From Convolutriloba macropyga (taxonomy: Eukaryota), in assembly GCF_964194025.1 (NCBI RefSeq), contig NC_134469.1:81096001-81160000 (forward strand): a DNA stretch of 64,000 nucleotides. The letters are read 5' to 3'. The stretch's first letter is position 1. Every line of letters begins with the position of its first letter. The notes below the pieces were generated by a model that did no database searches, was not told the origin of the DNA, and saw nothing but the letters and a program-made list of their open reading frames with translations. Positions 53,314 to 64,000 of the stretch are shown here, piece by piece. A program made the position numbers and the translations under genes.

Positions 53314-53509
53314 CTTGTCGAGCGGACAGATGGACACTTCAATAGACGAATGGTTTGATGAGCAGTACTTTTTCTACATCCGCGCTACCATATTTAACAT
53401 TTGGACAAATATGACTCAAGAGAAAGAAGAGAAGACCGTGATTTTGGTTCTTTCATCAAATGGACAAAGAATTGAAAATGCTCCTGTTCAAATTTTCCAG
53501 CTTATGATA
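53314..53509 (+). CDS. Possible isolated internal coding exon (65 codons), unknown protein
   Basis: TTTAG acceptor at 53313, open frame LSSGQMDTSIDEWFDEQYFFYIRATIFNIW...QLMI, GTAAGT donor at 53510; no recognised homology. Confidence 0.3.
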
Positions 53510-54099
53510 GTAAGTTGTTGTTAATATTTTCATACATTTAATGACCTTCAATGTCGCCTCAAATGGTATATACCGGAGAAAAAAGATTAAACTCTCAAAA
53601 AATCATTAGTAAAAACAAAGAAAAGTTTCAGCTGAAAACAGGAGATATTTCCAATGCAAACTGTAACTGGAAATGACGACTTCACTTTTTATAACTGACA
53701 ACACAAATACTTCAGCTTCCATAACAGCTAAAAAAACAGTAAATTTTTGAAAAACTTAAAAAAAAAAATGATTGCAGAATATAATCCGGCCATTCAGCCC
53801 AAAACCAATTCTGATTAGTCGGACTTGAGTAGCAAACTGAGGGCGCCAGGCCAAATTTAGTTTCGCACTGGGGATGCAATGCTAATTTGAGTTGCCCACC
53901 GGCGGTTCCAGACAAATTTCAGTCGTCTGATGGGGTAACCTACCTGACAATTTTAACTGCTGAGGTAGAATTAATCATTGGTATAATGTATTATGTGCAG
54001 AAAAAATATACGTCTAAGTATATGATTTCTAAATTTTTCTGTAAAAGATATCATTCCAAACAACACAAAAATTTTCCGCTCGATAGCAATTTACAAAAC

Positions 54100-57000
54100 T
54101 TATTTTTCGGCGTGAACATTAATGTTCATCTAGTAAAAAAAGGAAGTGCTGCTCAAAAAACGCTAAATTCTAAGTCTCCTTGTGGTTTGGTTATTTTCGG
54201 GGACGGACCGCTTGTTTCGGTTGGACCTCTGGATTCAGAGCACACTTTCCAGACACTGGAAGTATTTCCTGTCAGACTGACAGCAATTAAAAACAGCTCC
54301 GAAGCAATTGAAGAAACTTAGAATTTAGCGTGGTGTTTGATGTTCATCAAATAAAATTGGAAGTGCTCCTATAAGAACAGTCACCTTGAGCGTTGGCAGC
54401 GTTCGGGAATCGGGCAATTTTTTGGTTAGACTTCTCGATTCTGAGCAGACTTTCCAGAGTCGGGAATTGTTTTTGATCAGACAGACAGCAAATAACAAAA
54501 ACTCGACGAAAACTAACAAAAGTTATTCTTTAGCGTGATCTTTGATGGTGATCAAGTAAGATTGGAAGTGCTCTTCAAAAAAGTGTCCCCCGGGGGCTTG
54601 GCCGTTTCTGGGGATTGACCGGTTTTTTGGCTGGACCTCTTAATTCTGAGCAACCTTTCCACACTCGGAAATATTTCTCATCAGACCGAAAGCAATAAAC
54701 AACAGCTCCATAGCAAATGAAAAAAACTTTGTCTTTAGCTGGGTTTTTGATGTTCATCAACTAAAATTGGAAGTGCTCCTCAAAAACTGTCCCTTTGTAG
54801 ATTGGCGGTTTTCGGGAACTGGTCATTTTTGGTTAGACCTCTTGACTTTGGGCAGAATATGCAGAGTCTGGAAGTGTTTTTGATCAGATCAACAGCAATT
54901 AACAACTGCTCGGCAAAAACTAACAAAATTTAGTCTTCAGTGTGGTCTTTGATGGTCATCAAGTAAAATATGAAGTCCTCCCCTAAGACGAGTCCCCATG
55001 AGGGTTAGCGGAATCAGGGGACTGGCCATTTCTTTGGATTGACCTATTGATTCTGAGCAAACTTTCCAGACTCTGAAATTGTCCCTCGTCAGATGACAGC
55101 AATTGACAAAATTTAATCTTTAGCGTTGTGGACGTTCATCGAATACGATTGGAAGCGCTCCTCACAAAATATTCCCCGGGGGGGTGGGGGCTGGCCGTTT
55201 CTGGGGATTGGCCAGTTTTTTGGCTGGACCTCTTAATTCTGAGCAAACTTTCCACACTCGGAAATAATTCTCATCAGACCGAAAGCAATAAACAACAGCT
55301 CCATAGCAATTGAAAAAAAAAACTAATCTTTAGCTGAGTTTTCGATGTTCATCAATTAAAATTGGAAATGCTCCTCATAGAACAGTCCCTTTGTGGGCTG
55401 GCGGTTTTCAGGAACTAGCCATTTTTGGTAAGACCTCTTGACTTTGGGCAAACTTTTCAGAGTCTGGAAGTGTTTTTGATTAGATCAAGAGCAATAAACA
55501 ACTGTTCGGCAAAAACTAACAAAATTTAGTCTTAAGCGTGGTCTTTGATGTTCATCAAGTAAAACTGGAGGGGCTCCCCAAAGAAGAGTCCCCATGGGGG
55601 TTACCGGAATCAGGGGACTGGACGTTTCTTTGGATGGACCTTTTGATTCAGACCAAACTTTCCAGACTCTGGAATTCTTCCTCGTCAGATGACAGCAATT
55701 AACAAAAAAGCTCAACACCAATTTATAAATCTGAGTCTTTAGTGTTGTGGATGTTCAACAAATAAAATTGGATGTGTTCCCCAAAGAAGAGTAACTATAG
55801 GGGTTAGCGGAATTAGGGGACTGGCCGTTTCTTTGTTTAGACCTCTTCATTCTGAGCAGATTTTTGAGAGTCTGGAATTGTTTCTGATCAGACTGACAGC
55901 AATTTGCAACAGCTCGACAGTAATTGACAGAAATTTAGCGCTTAGGGTGATTTTGGAAATTCATCAGTGAAATTGAAAGTTTTCCTGAAAAACAATTCCC
56001 TTGGGACTGTTTTTTGACAACAATTAACAACAGATCGACAACGACTAACAACCACTCGAAACCAGTTAGCAAATCTTAGCCTTTTGCGTGATCTATGATG
56101 TTCATCAGAAAAAAAAGGAAGGGCTCCTCAAATTTCAGTCTAATTGGAGTTGACCGTTTTTTTTATTGGATCGGTTGATTCTGAGCAGACCCTTCTAGAC
56201 TCTGGTAATATTTCTGATCAGACCGTGAATGATCTGGAAAAAGCTCTTGATAGAACTCTGTTCCTCAATGATTTCACAAAAACTTGTCTACAGCGTGGTT
56301 TTTGATGTTCATCAAAGAAAATAGGAAGTGCTCCTCAAAAAACCGGTCTCCTTAGTATTTGGCGTTTTTAGTGGACTGGTTTGATGTCTAGACTAAGTTA
56401 GATGTCTTGATTTTGAGCAGACTTCCATAGTCTGGAACTGTTTGTGATCAGACCGACAGCAATTAACACCAGCTCGACAAAAACTAACAAAATGTAATCT
56501 TTAGCGTGGTCTTTCATGGTCATCAATAGAAATTGGAAGTGCTCTTCAAAGAAAAGTCCTCCTGGGGGTCGGCCATTTCCGAGGATTGGACTTTTTTTGG
56601 TTTAACCTCTTGATTCTGAGAAAACTTTCCGGAGTCTGGAATTGTTTCTGATCTGATGGATAGCAAATAACGACAGCTCGACGAAAACCAACAAAACTTA
56701 GTCTCAAGTGTGAACTTTATATTTCACCAAGTAAAGTTGGAAGTGCTCCTCAAAAAAGATTACCCTTGGGGTTGGCCGTTTCTGGAGACTTGCCGATTTT
56801 GTTGTTGGACATCTTGATTCTGAGCAAACTTTACAGAATTTTTTCTGATCAAACCGACAGTAGTTAACATAAGCTCAACAGCAATAGACAAAACTTAGTC
56901 TTTAGCGTCGTCTTTGATGTTCATCAATTTAAATTGAAAGTGCTCCTCAAGAAAATTTTCAACTTGGGCGTTGGTGGATTTCGGGTACTGGACGTTTTTT

Positions 57001-57250
57001 GGCTAGACCTCTTGATTCTGAACAGACTTTCCAGAGTCTGGTACTGCTTATGATCAGACCGATAACAGCTAATATTAGCTCAACAGCAATTTAGAAAACT
57101 TAGTTTTTAGCGTATTCTTTGATGTTCGTCAATTAAAAATGGAAGTGCTCCTCAAATGGAAGTTCTCCTGGCTGTTTCCGTGAACTAACCTTTTTTGGTT
57201 GGACCTCATGTTTCTCAGCAGAGTTTCCAGAGTCCGGAATTTTTGCTTTT
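54100..57250. repeat. ~204-bp satellite array (~15-16 diverged monomers) with a ~595-bp trimer duplication
   Basis: Recurring TTTAGCGTGGTCTTTGATGTTCATCAA...AAATTGGAAGTGCTCCTC...GACCTCTTGATTCTGAGCAGACTTTCCAGA starting near 54325, 54529, 54734, 54935, 55119, 55329, 55532, 55738...57106. Confidence 0.92.
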
Positions 57251-57830
57251 TAGACCGTACAGACCCTGGAAAAAGCTCTGTTCAGACTATCTAGACCGTA
57301 ACACGCAACTATGCTATACTATCAGTACTCTGGCTGGAGCTATACTATCAGTACTCTGGCTGGAGCTCTAATCAGACTGTTCAGACCTTAGGTATTGACT
57401 TAATCAGACCATGCAGACTCGGGATTTGGTCCTGATCATACTTCCCAGGCAGGAGATAGTGCTAACAGATACTGTAGAGCGGTTTACACCTATTGCGCGG
57501 CCCAAATCCGTCTGATCATGGTTGCCTTGGGTCGCGCACCCTTTCCTGGATAGGGAAGTGTAATCAATATTCAAAAATTTCCTCCTTTATAATTTCACCG
57601 ATTGCTGATTACCCAGGTTGAGGTCCAGACCCAAGTTTTCTTCTGATCAGACTTTCCAGACCGAAATTACCCCTTAACAGACTTTCCAGACCAAATAACC
57701 TCTGATCAGACTTTGCAGACTGAATGAGTCCTGATCAGACTGACTCATTCTGGTCTGAATCAGACTATGTTTGGACCCAATTTCAGACGCAAGTAGCCTC
57801 TGATCAGAATCAGTCGAGACCATCTCCCCA
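57250..57830. repeat. CAGACT/CAGACC-motif array, with a CCCAGGTTGAGG element end at ~57612
   Basis: Repeated tctgatcagactttccagac; exact ~30-bp tandem duplication at ~57314-57369. Confidence 0.6.
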
Positions 57831-57994
57831 GCTGACCACTCTGATAAAAAAGTCAAATTTGCCATCATCAGCCCTCCCGTCCATTACACCCCAACACTCA
57901 CATTGTCCACACTCGTTCCCCTGTCGAGTTGAAATCCTCACTCATCTAATCTTCTTCTCAATCCTAACCCCATCGCTTGACCCCACCCGCAACC

Positions 57995-58004
57995 CACACA
58001 CACA

Positions 58005-58068
<64 letters not shown>

Positions 58069-58122
58069 CTCACTCACACACACACAGACGCACACCGGTT
58101 AAGTCCCAAACGCACACACATA

Positions 58123-58157
<35 letters not shown>

Positions 58158-58170
58158 CACACAAACACAC
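57995..58170. repeat. Compound (CA)n/(GA)n microsatellite
   Basis: Directly visible. Confidence 0.97.
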
Positions 58171-59199
58171 GGGTTGAGGTGTCAATACAAAAAATAGCTG
58201 TAAAATGTAAGATTTGCCTTGAATTTGAACAAAAACTTAAGACTTGTGCTCATTGCGATGAAATAAAAATTAAGAGCTAAATTTTTTCCGCCGCATATGC
58301 AGTGAAAAAAAATTACCGCAAAAATATGAATTATGCGAAAAAACTACCGCTAAAATCACCGCTCTTCTTACAAAATTTTCGCAGAGGAATGGTTGAATTT
58401 TAAAAAAAAGCAAGAATAGCGCTGAATAATCAGCAACCTTGCAATATTAAAAAGGAAATCAGATTACAATGTATGTCGAACATGCTATCGATCGAGGATC
58501 ACCATATGGATAGCTATCAGCTTATGAAAAGCAGATAAGCATATTAACCTAAAATGTTTTGTTTCTAGCCATTTCTGAGAATATTTTTTCCGTACTTTAT
58601 AACTTAGAAGTATTATAAAAATCGATCTGAACAATATTTAATGTTTCTGCGTTTCATTCTAAAAGTAAACTTAAATTTTAGTGTTATCTTTTAAGTTAAT
58701 GTGTACTTGTTGTTCATTACGTTGCTAAGTGTAAAAATTTTAATAACAGCTATAGTAATAGCCATAATAAAAAACTACAGTAATAGCTAGAGTAGAACTA
58801 GTCATAACAAATACCTATAAAATGCCTTTAGTAACAAATAAAGTAATAGCTAAATATAATTAAATATTTTGTAGTATAAAAAAGGACTTTGAATTAGATA
58901 TACAATATAAATGTAAAATAATAACATACACAATAGCAAGACAATAAGTTATAAACCAAACAAACTGGCAACAATGAATACTGTTAACAGTTATTTTAAA
59001 ATTTAAATTAGTAGAGAAGAGAATCATTTAATTATATATGATTTTTTTTTGGAGATAAAGGTTAAATTTTCAGATAAAGCTGGTGGGTTAACAGCTATTA
59101 AAACCAATGTTAGATTAGTAAAAAGTGTGTAATGGAATTGTTTAGTTCTATTAGTCTGGAAAACTTTGAAAACTTTAATGTTAAAACAGTTGAATGTAT

Positions 59200-59910
59200 T
59201 GTCGTCCTATTCTACTGATGTATAAAATACTAATTAGCGCTTGTGATGAATATGAAAATGATTTTGCTACTGATCAAAAAGAAAAAGACAGTCAATTAAA
59301 ATGTGATCGTCAAGCTGCACAAAGGGGTCTTATGTACATTATGATTAAAATGGAAGCCCTGTTTAGATTTCGAAACGATTTAGAAAAGATTTAGAGTTAT
59401 TTAGAGTTAATGCAAGATCTGGTGCAGTGGCTAATAATTGTATTATAGAAATTAGAGCTATAACTTGGTGTGTACCTTGTATTGATCCCAGTAATGATAA
59501 TAGAATAATCATACAGAAAAGATTAAGTAAAAAAATAACATAGACTTTAGCTTCTATGAAAGAAAGTCATTTTTCAAGAATGTACCATATGCTACTAAAT
59601 TCTTCTTCGATATAGTTGTAGAGAGGAGCTTTGAAATAACTCAACACAATAGTCTGACTTTTGAAGATAAAAACTTTAACGAACAACTAATGATTCTAAT
59701 GTATTTAATTAGATGGATGTAGCTGAATGTTTTTGTAAGATTTGTAGTGTAATCTATTCCGATGATAGAATGACTATTAATTATCGTACAAAAAAACTAT
59801 AATGATGCTTTTAAAAAGTTTGTAAATTCCATAGAACTTATAACGGATTACTAGATAGTATTAAACCATATATAAACCATAGAACATTGAAAAGTAGTAA
59901 TAGAATATAA
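59200..59910 (+). pseudogene. Frameshifted Polinton/Maverick-like major capsid (double jelly-roll) gene remnant
   Basis: Frame-joined translation IEIRAITWCVPCIDPS...IDFSFYERKSFFKNV...DVAECFCKICSVIYSDDRMTINY...NYNDAF...IKPYINHRTLKS resembles Polinton MCP motifs, and lies next to a Polinton-type integrase. Confidence 0.6.
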
Positions 59911-60149
59911 TAGAATATATATGGCTAATATCATTCGCTATTGTATATAGTTATAGTCTTAGTGAGACTTATTATTACTTAATTTAACAAAAGCTTTGGC
60001 ATAGACAATATATATTGTCTTTTTATTTGCTTTAGTCAGACATTCTTTTTTCAACTCTAGTCTTAGTCTGGGTCTTAGGCTTAACAATTAAAAGATAATA
60101 CGGTTTACATTTGATTATTTTTAGATATAAAATTTTGAGTAAATTCAAA

Positions 60150-60400
60150 TACTATAAATATCTATGGTTTTACTTCAGTTAAAGACATTAAGATGTTAAG
60201 AGTTTCATGTACTAAATGTAAAAGAAGTAAATATATGACAGTATCCGAAGCAGCAATAGAAGCTGAGGGACTCAAGATTTCTTTAAGATTGTTGGTATAG
60301 CTACAATTTACTTTGGAAAAAAAATGCAAATAATCCTAAAAGATTTTTAGAACTAGCAAGTAAAGTATGAAGTGCAGCTGTAAATAAAAAGAAGCCCTAG
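60150..60400 (+). pseudogene. Small CxxC/basic amphipathic ORF remnant of the Polinton-like element
   Basis: MLRVSCTKCKRSKYMTVSEAAIEAEGL then frameshifted DFFK.VG.A...GKK.ANNP.R.LELASK. Confidence 0.45.
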
Positions 60401-60509
60401 CAGCTACACCTACGTTAATTAAATTTGAATCAACTGGAAAAAGTATGAAAGTAGTAGAGAAAAGTAGAATTTCATACCTAGGTACAAAGGAGGCGAAATA
60501 GTTACGATT

Positions 60510-60717
60510 TTAGCTAGGGTTAAAATTAAGTCAAAAACCAAGAATAGGACTAAGACTAGAACTAGAACTGAGACTAATACTAAGACTAAGAAAAAGACTA
60601 GGTTAAAGACTAAGAATAAGAATATGACTAAGAGTAATACTACGACTAAGACAAAGACTAAGACTAAGACTAAGGCTAAGACTAAGACTAAGACTAAGAC
60701 TAAGACTAAGACTAACA
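60510..60717. repeat. (GACTAA)n hexamer microsatellite
   Basis: Pure gactaa run at ~60655-60715 with a degenerate upstream portion. Confidence 0.95.
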
Positions 60718-60799
60718 CTATCTTTGATTAACAAAACTAATTTTATGATAACTAATTTTAATATTATCACTAAATACTACTAACTTTAGTTTTCAAAAA

Positions 60800-61332
60800 T
60801 GTTCATCTCTATTTTCATATTTTTTTCATAATCTTCATGTACTTTAAATAACCCATTATTTTCATCATTATCTATCTCATTATCTTTTGTTGACTTAAGA
60901 TATTGCTTAGGAGTTTAAATTTATCACCGAATTGTTTAGTAAAAATATACACTTGAGAATACTTTAAGATTTTTTCATATTTTAGTGTTAACTGTTTTTG
61001 ATGATGAACCACATATAGTAGCAGTAGCAAAAGCTGTTGGTGTAGAATAATGTATACCTATACCAGTTATTGCAACTGAGGATGCTGTTGCTGTCTTGGC
61101 TAAATATAAAAAACTATTCAATTATTTCTGCTAAATTAATATAAGTTTTTTTTTCTGGTTAGCTTCTTTTTATTGATCTCTGTTTCAATTTCATAGTAGT
61201 TCTCATATCTTTTATGATGTTAATCTTATTATTAAACTTATCAAGAGCTAAAATTTTATCATTTATCTTTTGTTCTGATAAAGAGTTAAATCTATGGTAA
61301 ACTAAAGCTGCACTTGATTTGGTTGCTTCCAT
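60800..61332 (-). pseudogene. Degenerate membrane-protein ORF of the Polinton-like element
   Basis: MEATKSSAALVYHRF... coiled region, hydrophobic ATASSVAITGIG...TAFATATICG, C-terminal DNEIDNDE; frameshifted. Confidence 0.4.
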
Positions 61333-61559
61333 TTTATCTAACTAAATTTTTTGTTTTAGTCATAGCCATAATCGTAACTATATAGCAAAATAACTATCAG
61401 TCTATTTTGTATGATTATTCTTCTAGTTTGTAGAAAATCTTTATCAACTGTAGAGGAAGTCTTTCTATTAACCTCATTAAATTCCCTTACACATGTAGAA
61501 AACATATCAACTAGTCGTATATTACTGATATCTTAATTAAACTTATTATTATCTAATGC

Positions 61560-62770
61560 TAGTTTTAATTGATTATATTTAGAGATAGTGTCACTAGCAA
61601 CTTTTTTACAAAAGTTGTCCGTATTTGTAACTTGATTTGCAGATTTAACAAACTCATTAATTATTTCATCAAAAATTTTTCTTTTTTTAGATGTAATTTT
61701 TTGGTTTTTACTTTATCAAGCTCATCTTTTTGTAGCTCAGTTATATTCTTACTTGAAACATCCATTTTATTAGAAGAAGACAGTAAGTTGTTATCGCAAA
61801 ACGCTTTATTAAGAACAACTTTTACTTTTTTATCTGTACGAGGGTGTACATTTGTAATTTTTTAGATGTCCTTCATGTCAATTTTATCATTACCTTCTAA
61901 GACTAATTGACGGGCCTTACTTGCTGACAGACTTGTATTTGATGACTCATGTATAGCCTGGTTAAATCTGTTTCTTGTCAGCATTGTATTTGTTTTCTGT
62001 AAAATTTGAATCTACCTCGTAGCTGACTCGTAGCTTGCTGACATATGACATGAGGTCTATATTTAATTATTCTGAATCTTTTTTATTAGATTCAAAATCA
62101 AACTCGGTTTTCAATAATTTCTGTTCATAGTTTCTGCCTTCTATTATCTCACCCTTAATATCTTCTTTTCTATATGTTGCTGGTTAGGTTTTTAGAACTT
62201 CATTAACTTTAAATAATTCTCTATTCCAATTAGAAGTGTATCCTTTGGAAAATGTTGCGTTTGTCAGCATTCCTGGCATAATCACCAGCTTTTATTTCGA
62301 CTTAATCTCAGTCGAAGTGGATATAATATATCTAACCTTTTCAGAATTATTAGAAGCATCAACAAGTGTCATATTAATTGTTGTATTAATGTTATTGTTT
62401 TAGGTTATTACTGCATCATTTAATATATTTACCTAATTACCATCCCCGTTGATGAACATTGTTTTATTAATTATTTGTAATAACCTTCTAATGAATCTCT
62501 CTATAAACACAGCCTTCAAATCACTATTAGTAGAATATAGTTCGATTTCATATTCTTTAAGTGATGATATATTTGTTTTTTTGTAAAACTCACTACCTTT
62601 ATCTATCCATAATTTTTCTGGTTTTCTGTCTTCGAAGCCACCTTGTGAACTTTCACCCAATACTATTTTAAAACCATTAGTTATATATATACCGGACTTA
62701 CTCTTTAAGGGTAAAACCCATGCATATTTTGTGAATGTATCTATAACAGTTAATTCAAACATAATATTAT
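61560..62770 (-). mobile_element. Polinton/Maverick-type rve integrase remnant plus downstream fibre-like ORF, copy 1
   Basis: LTVIDTFTKYAWVLPLKSKSG...PEKLWIDKGSEFY...KAVFIERF; C-terminal TYRKEDIKGEIIEGRNYEQKL; downstream IDMKDI.KITNVHP. Confidence 0.85.
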
Positions 62771-62869
62771 AGTATTTACTTCAACATGATTTGTGAGAGC
62801 TTCATCAACAGCAGAATTAGTCTTTAACTTTTTCTGTAGTAAACATATCATCTGACTGTATGTTAGCAA

Positions 62870-63960
62870 GATTCTGATTAAACTTATTATCATCAAATTC
62901 TAGTTTTAATTGATTATATTTGGATATTTTATCATAAGCAACTTTAATATAAAATTAACTGTATTTGTAAGTTCATTTGTCGGTTTAATAAACTCGTTAA
63001 TTTAATTAGTTTATCTTTAACAACTGATTTAATTAGTTGTAATAATTTAGTTGTGACTTTTATCAAATTCACCTTTTCTTAGTTCAATTGTTTTTACATA
63101 AAATGTCTATTTTAATATTAGATGATAATAAGTTTTTGTAACAATACTCTTGTTTAAAAACATCATTTTCATATGACGGGAGATGTATATTTGTAATTTT
63201 ATAGGTATCTTTCATGTCAATATTATCATTATCCTCTAGGAATAAACAATGGCCTTTACTTGGTGAGATATTGTCTGTTGATGTTCCATGATTAACTTGA
63301 TTGAATCTGTTTCTTGTCATCTTTGTATTTGTTTACATCAAGAATGATCCTAAGGTGTTCTAGATTTTTATAATACGATTCAAAACCAAAATCAGATTTT
63401 AATAGTTCTTGTTCATAGTAGTTGCCTTTTATTATGTCACATTCCATATCTTCTATTCCATATATTAATGGCCGCCTTTCAAGAACTTGATTAATATTAA
63501 ATAACACTGTATTCCAATAAGATGCAAATCTTTTAGAGAAAATGGTACGTTTATCTGTATTCTTAACAGAATCAACATAATCACCGACTCTGAGCTTGGG
63601 TTTAATATTCTTGAAACTGAGTGAGTATTTTTGTTATATGATACAGCAGCATCATTTACTAGACTTACCAAACTGCCACCACCATTTATAACCATTGGTA
63701 TGTTAATTATAGGCAATAATGTTTTCTTAAATTTCTCTCTGAAAACAACTTTAATATCACTATATAAAGAATATACTTCAGTTTGATATTCCTTTAGTCA
63801 AGATTTAAACTTTTTATTATAAAACTCTCTACCTCTATCAACCCATAATTTTTCCGATTTTCTCTTTTCTCGTAAGATTATTTTGAAGGTATTTAGGTAT
63901 AGATACACCAAATTTATTCTTTAAAGATATAGCCCAAAAATATTGCTAAATATATCTAGT
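62870..63960 (-). mobile_element. Polinton/Maverick-type integrase remnant plus fibre-like ORF, copy 2
   Basis: LDIFSNIFWAISLKNK; YGIEDMECDIIKGNYYEQELLKSDF; MTRNRFNQ...IDMKDTYKITNIHLPSYENDVFKQEYC, colinear with copy 1. Confidence 0.8.
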
Positions 63961-64000
63961 TTTTCAGCCTCAGTTAGTTACAGGTTACAGAGCACGTGTC

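Noticed and set aside
53887-55721. ORFs within the 204-bp satellite
   Set aside because: Frames are not conserved between monomers and there is no recognisable domain.
57724-58197. 157-aa ORF with HT/ER repeats
   Set aside because: Reads through the (CA)n/(GA)n microsatellite.
60419-60718. (LV)n ORF; also a possible telomeric repeat
   Set aside because: Translation of the (GACTAA)n microsatellite. TTAGTC is not the canonical TTAGGG and the tract is interstitial.

Overview
AT-rich eukaryotic, most likely invertebrate-animal, genomic DNA dominated by decayed transposable elements, with three N-gaps. The only convincing intact host gene is a two-exon + strand gene (5105-5118 and 5268-5928, 224 aa after splicing). 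It encodes a secreted polyprotein in which furin-type R-X-K/R-R sites separate three acidic spacers from three related Lys/His/Tyr-rich cationic peptides, a prohormone or antimicrobial-peptide-like precursor I cannot assign to a known family. Its 5' flank is packed with MITEs. Just downstream lies a recent ~4.1-kb tandem triplication (6423-18685), which opens a ~29-kb block (7100-36160) of Ty3/Gypsy remnants all on the minus strand. The rest of the window holds two LINE RT remnants, several CCC(A/G)G-ended non-autonomous DNA elements with internal motif arrays, a ~204-bp satellite with a trimeric higher-order repeat, and microsatellites. At the right end is a degraded Polinton/Maverick-like element with a capsid-like ORF and a duplicated integrase plus fibre-like module. 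All family assignments come from motif recognition by eye, not database searches.
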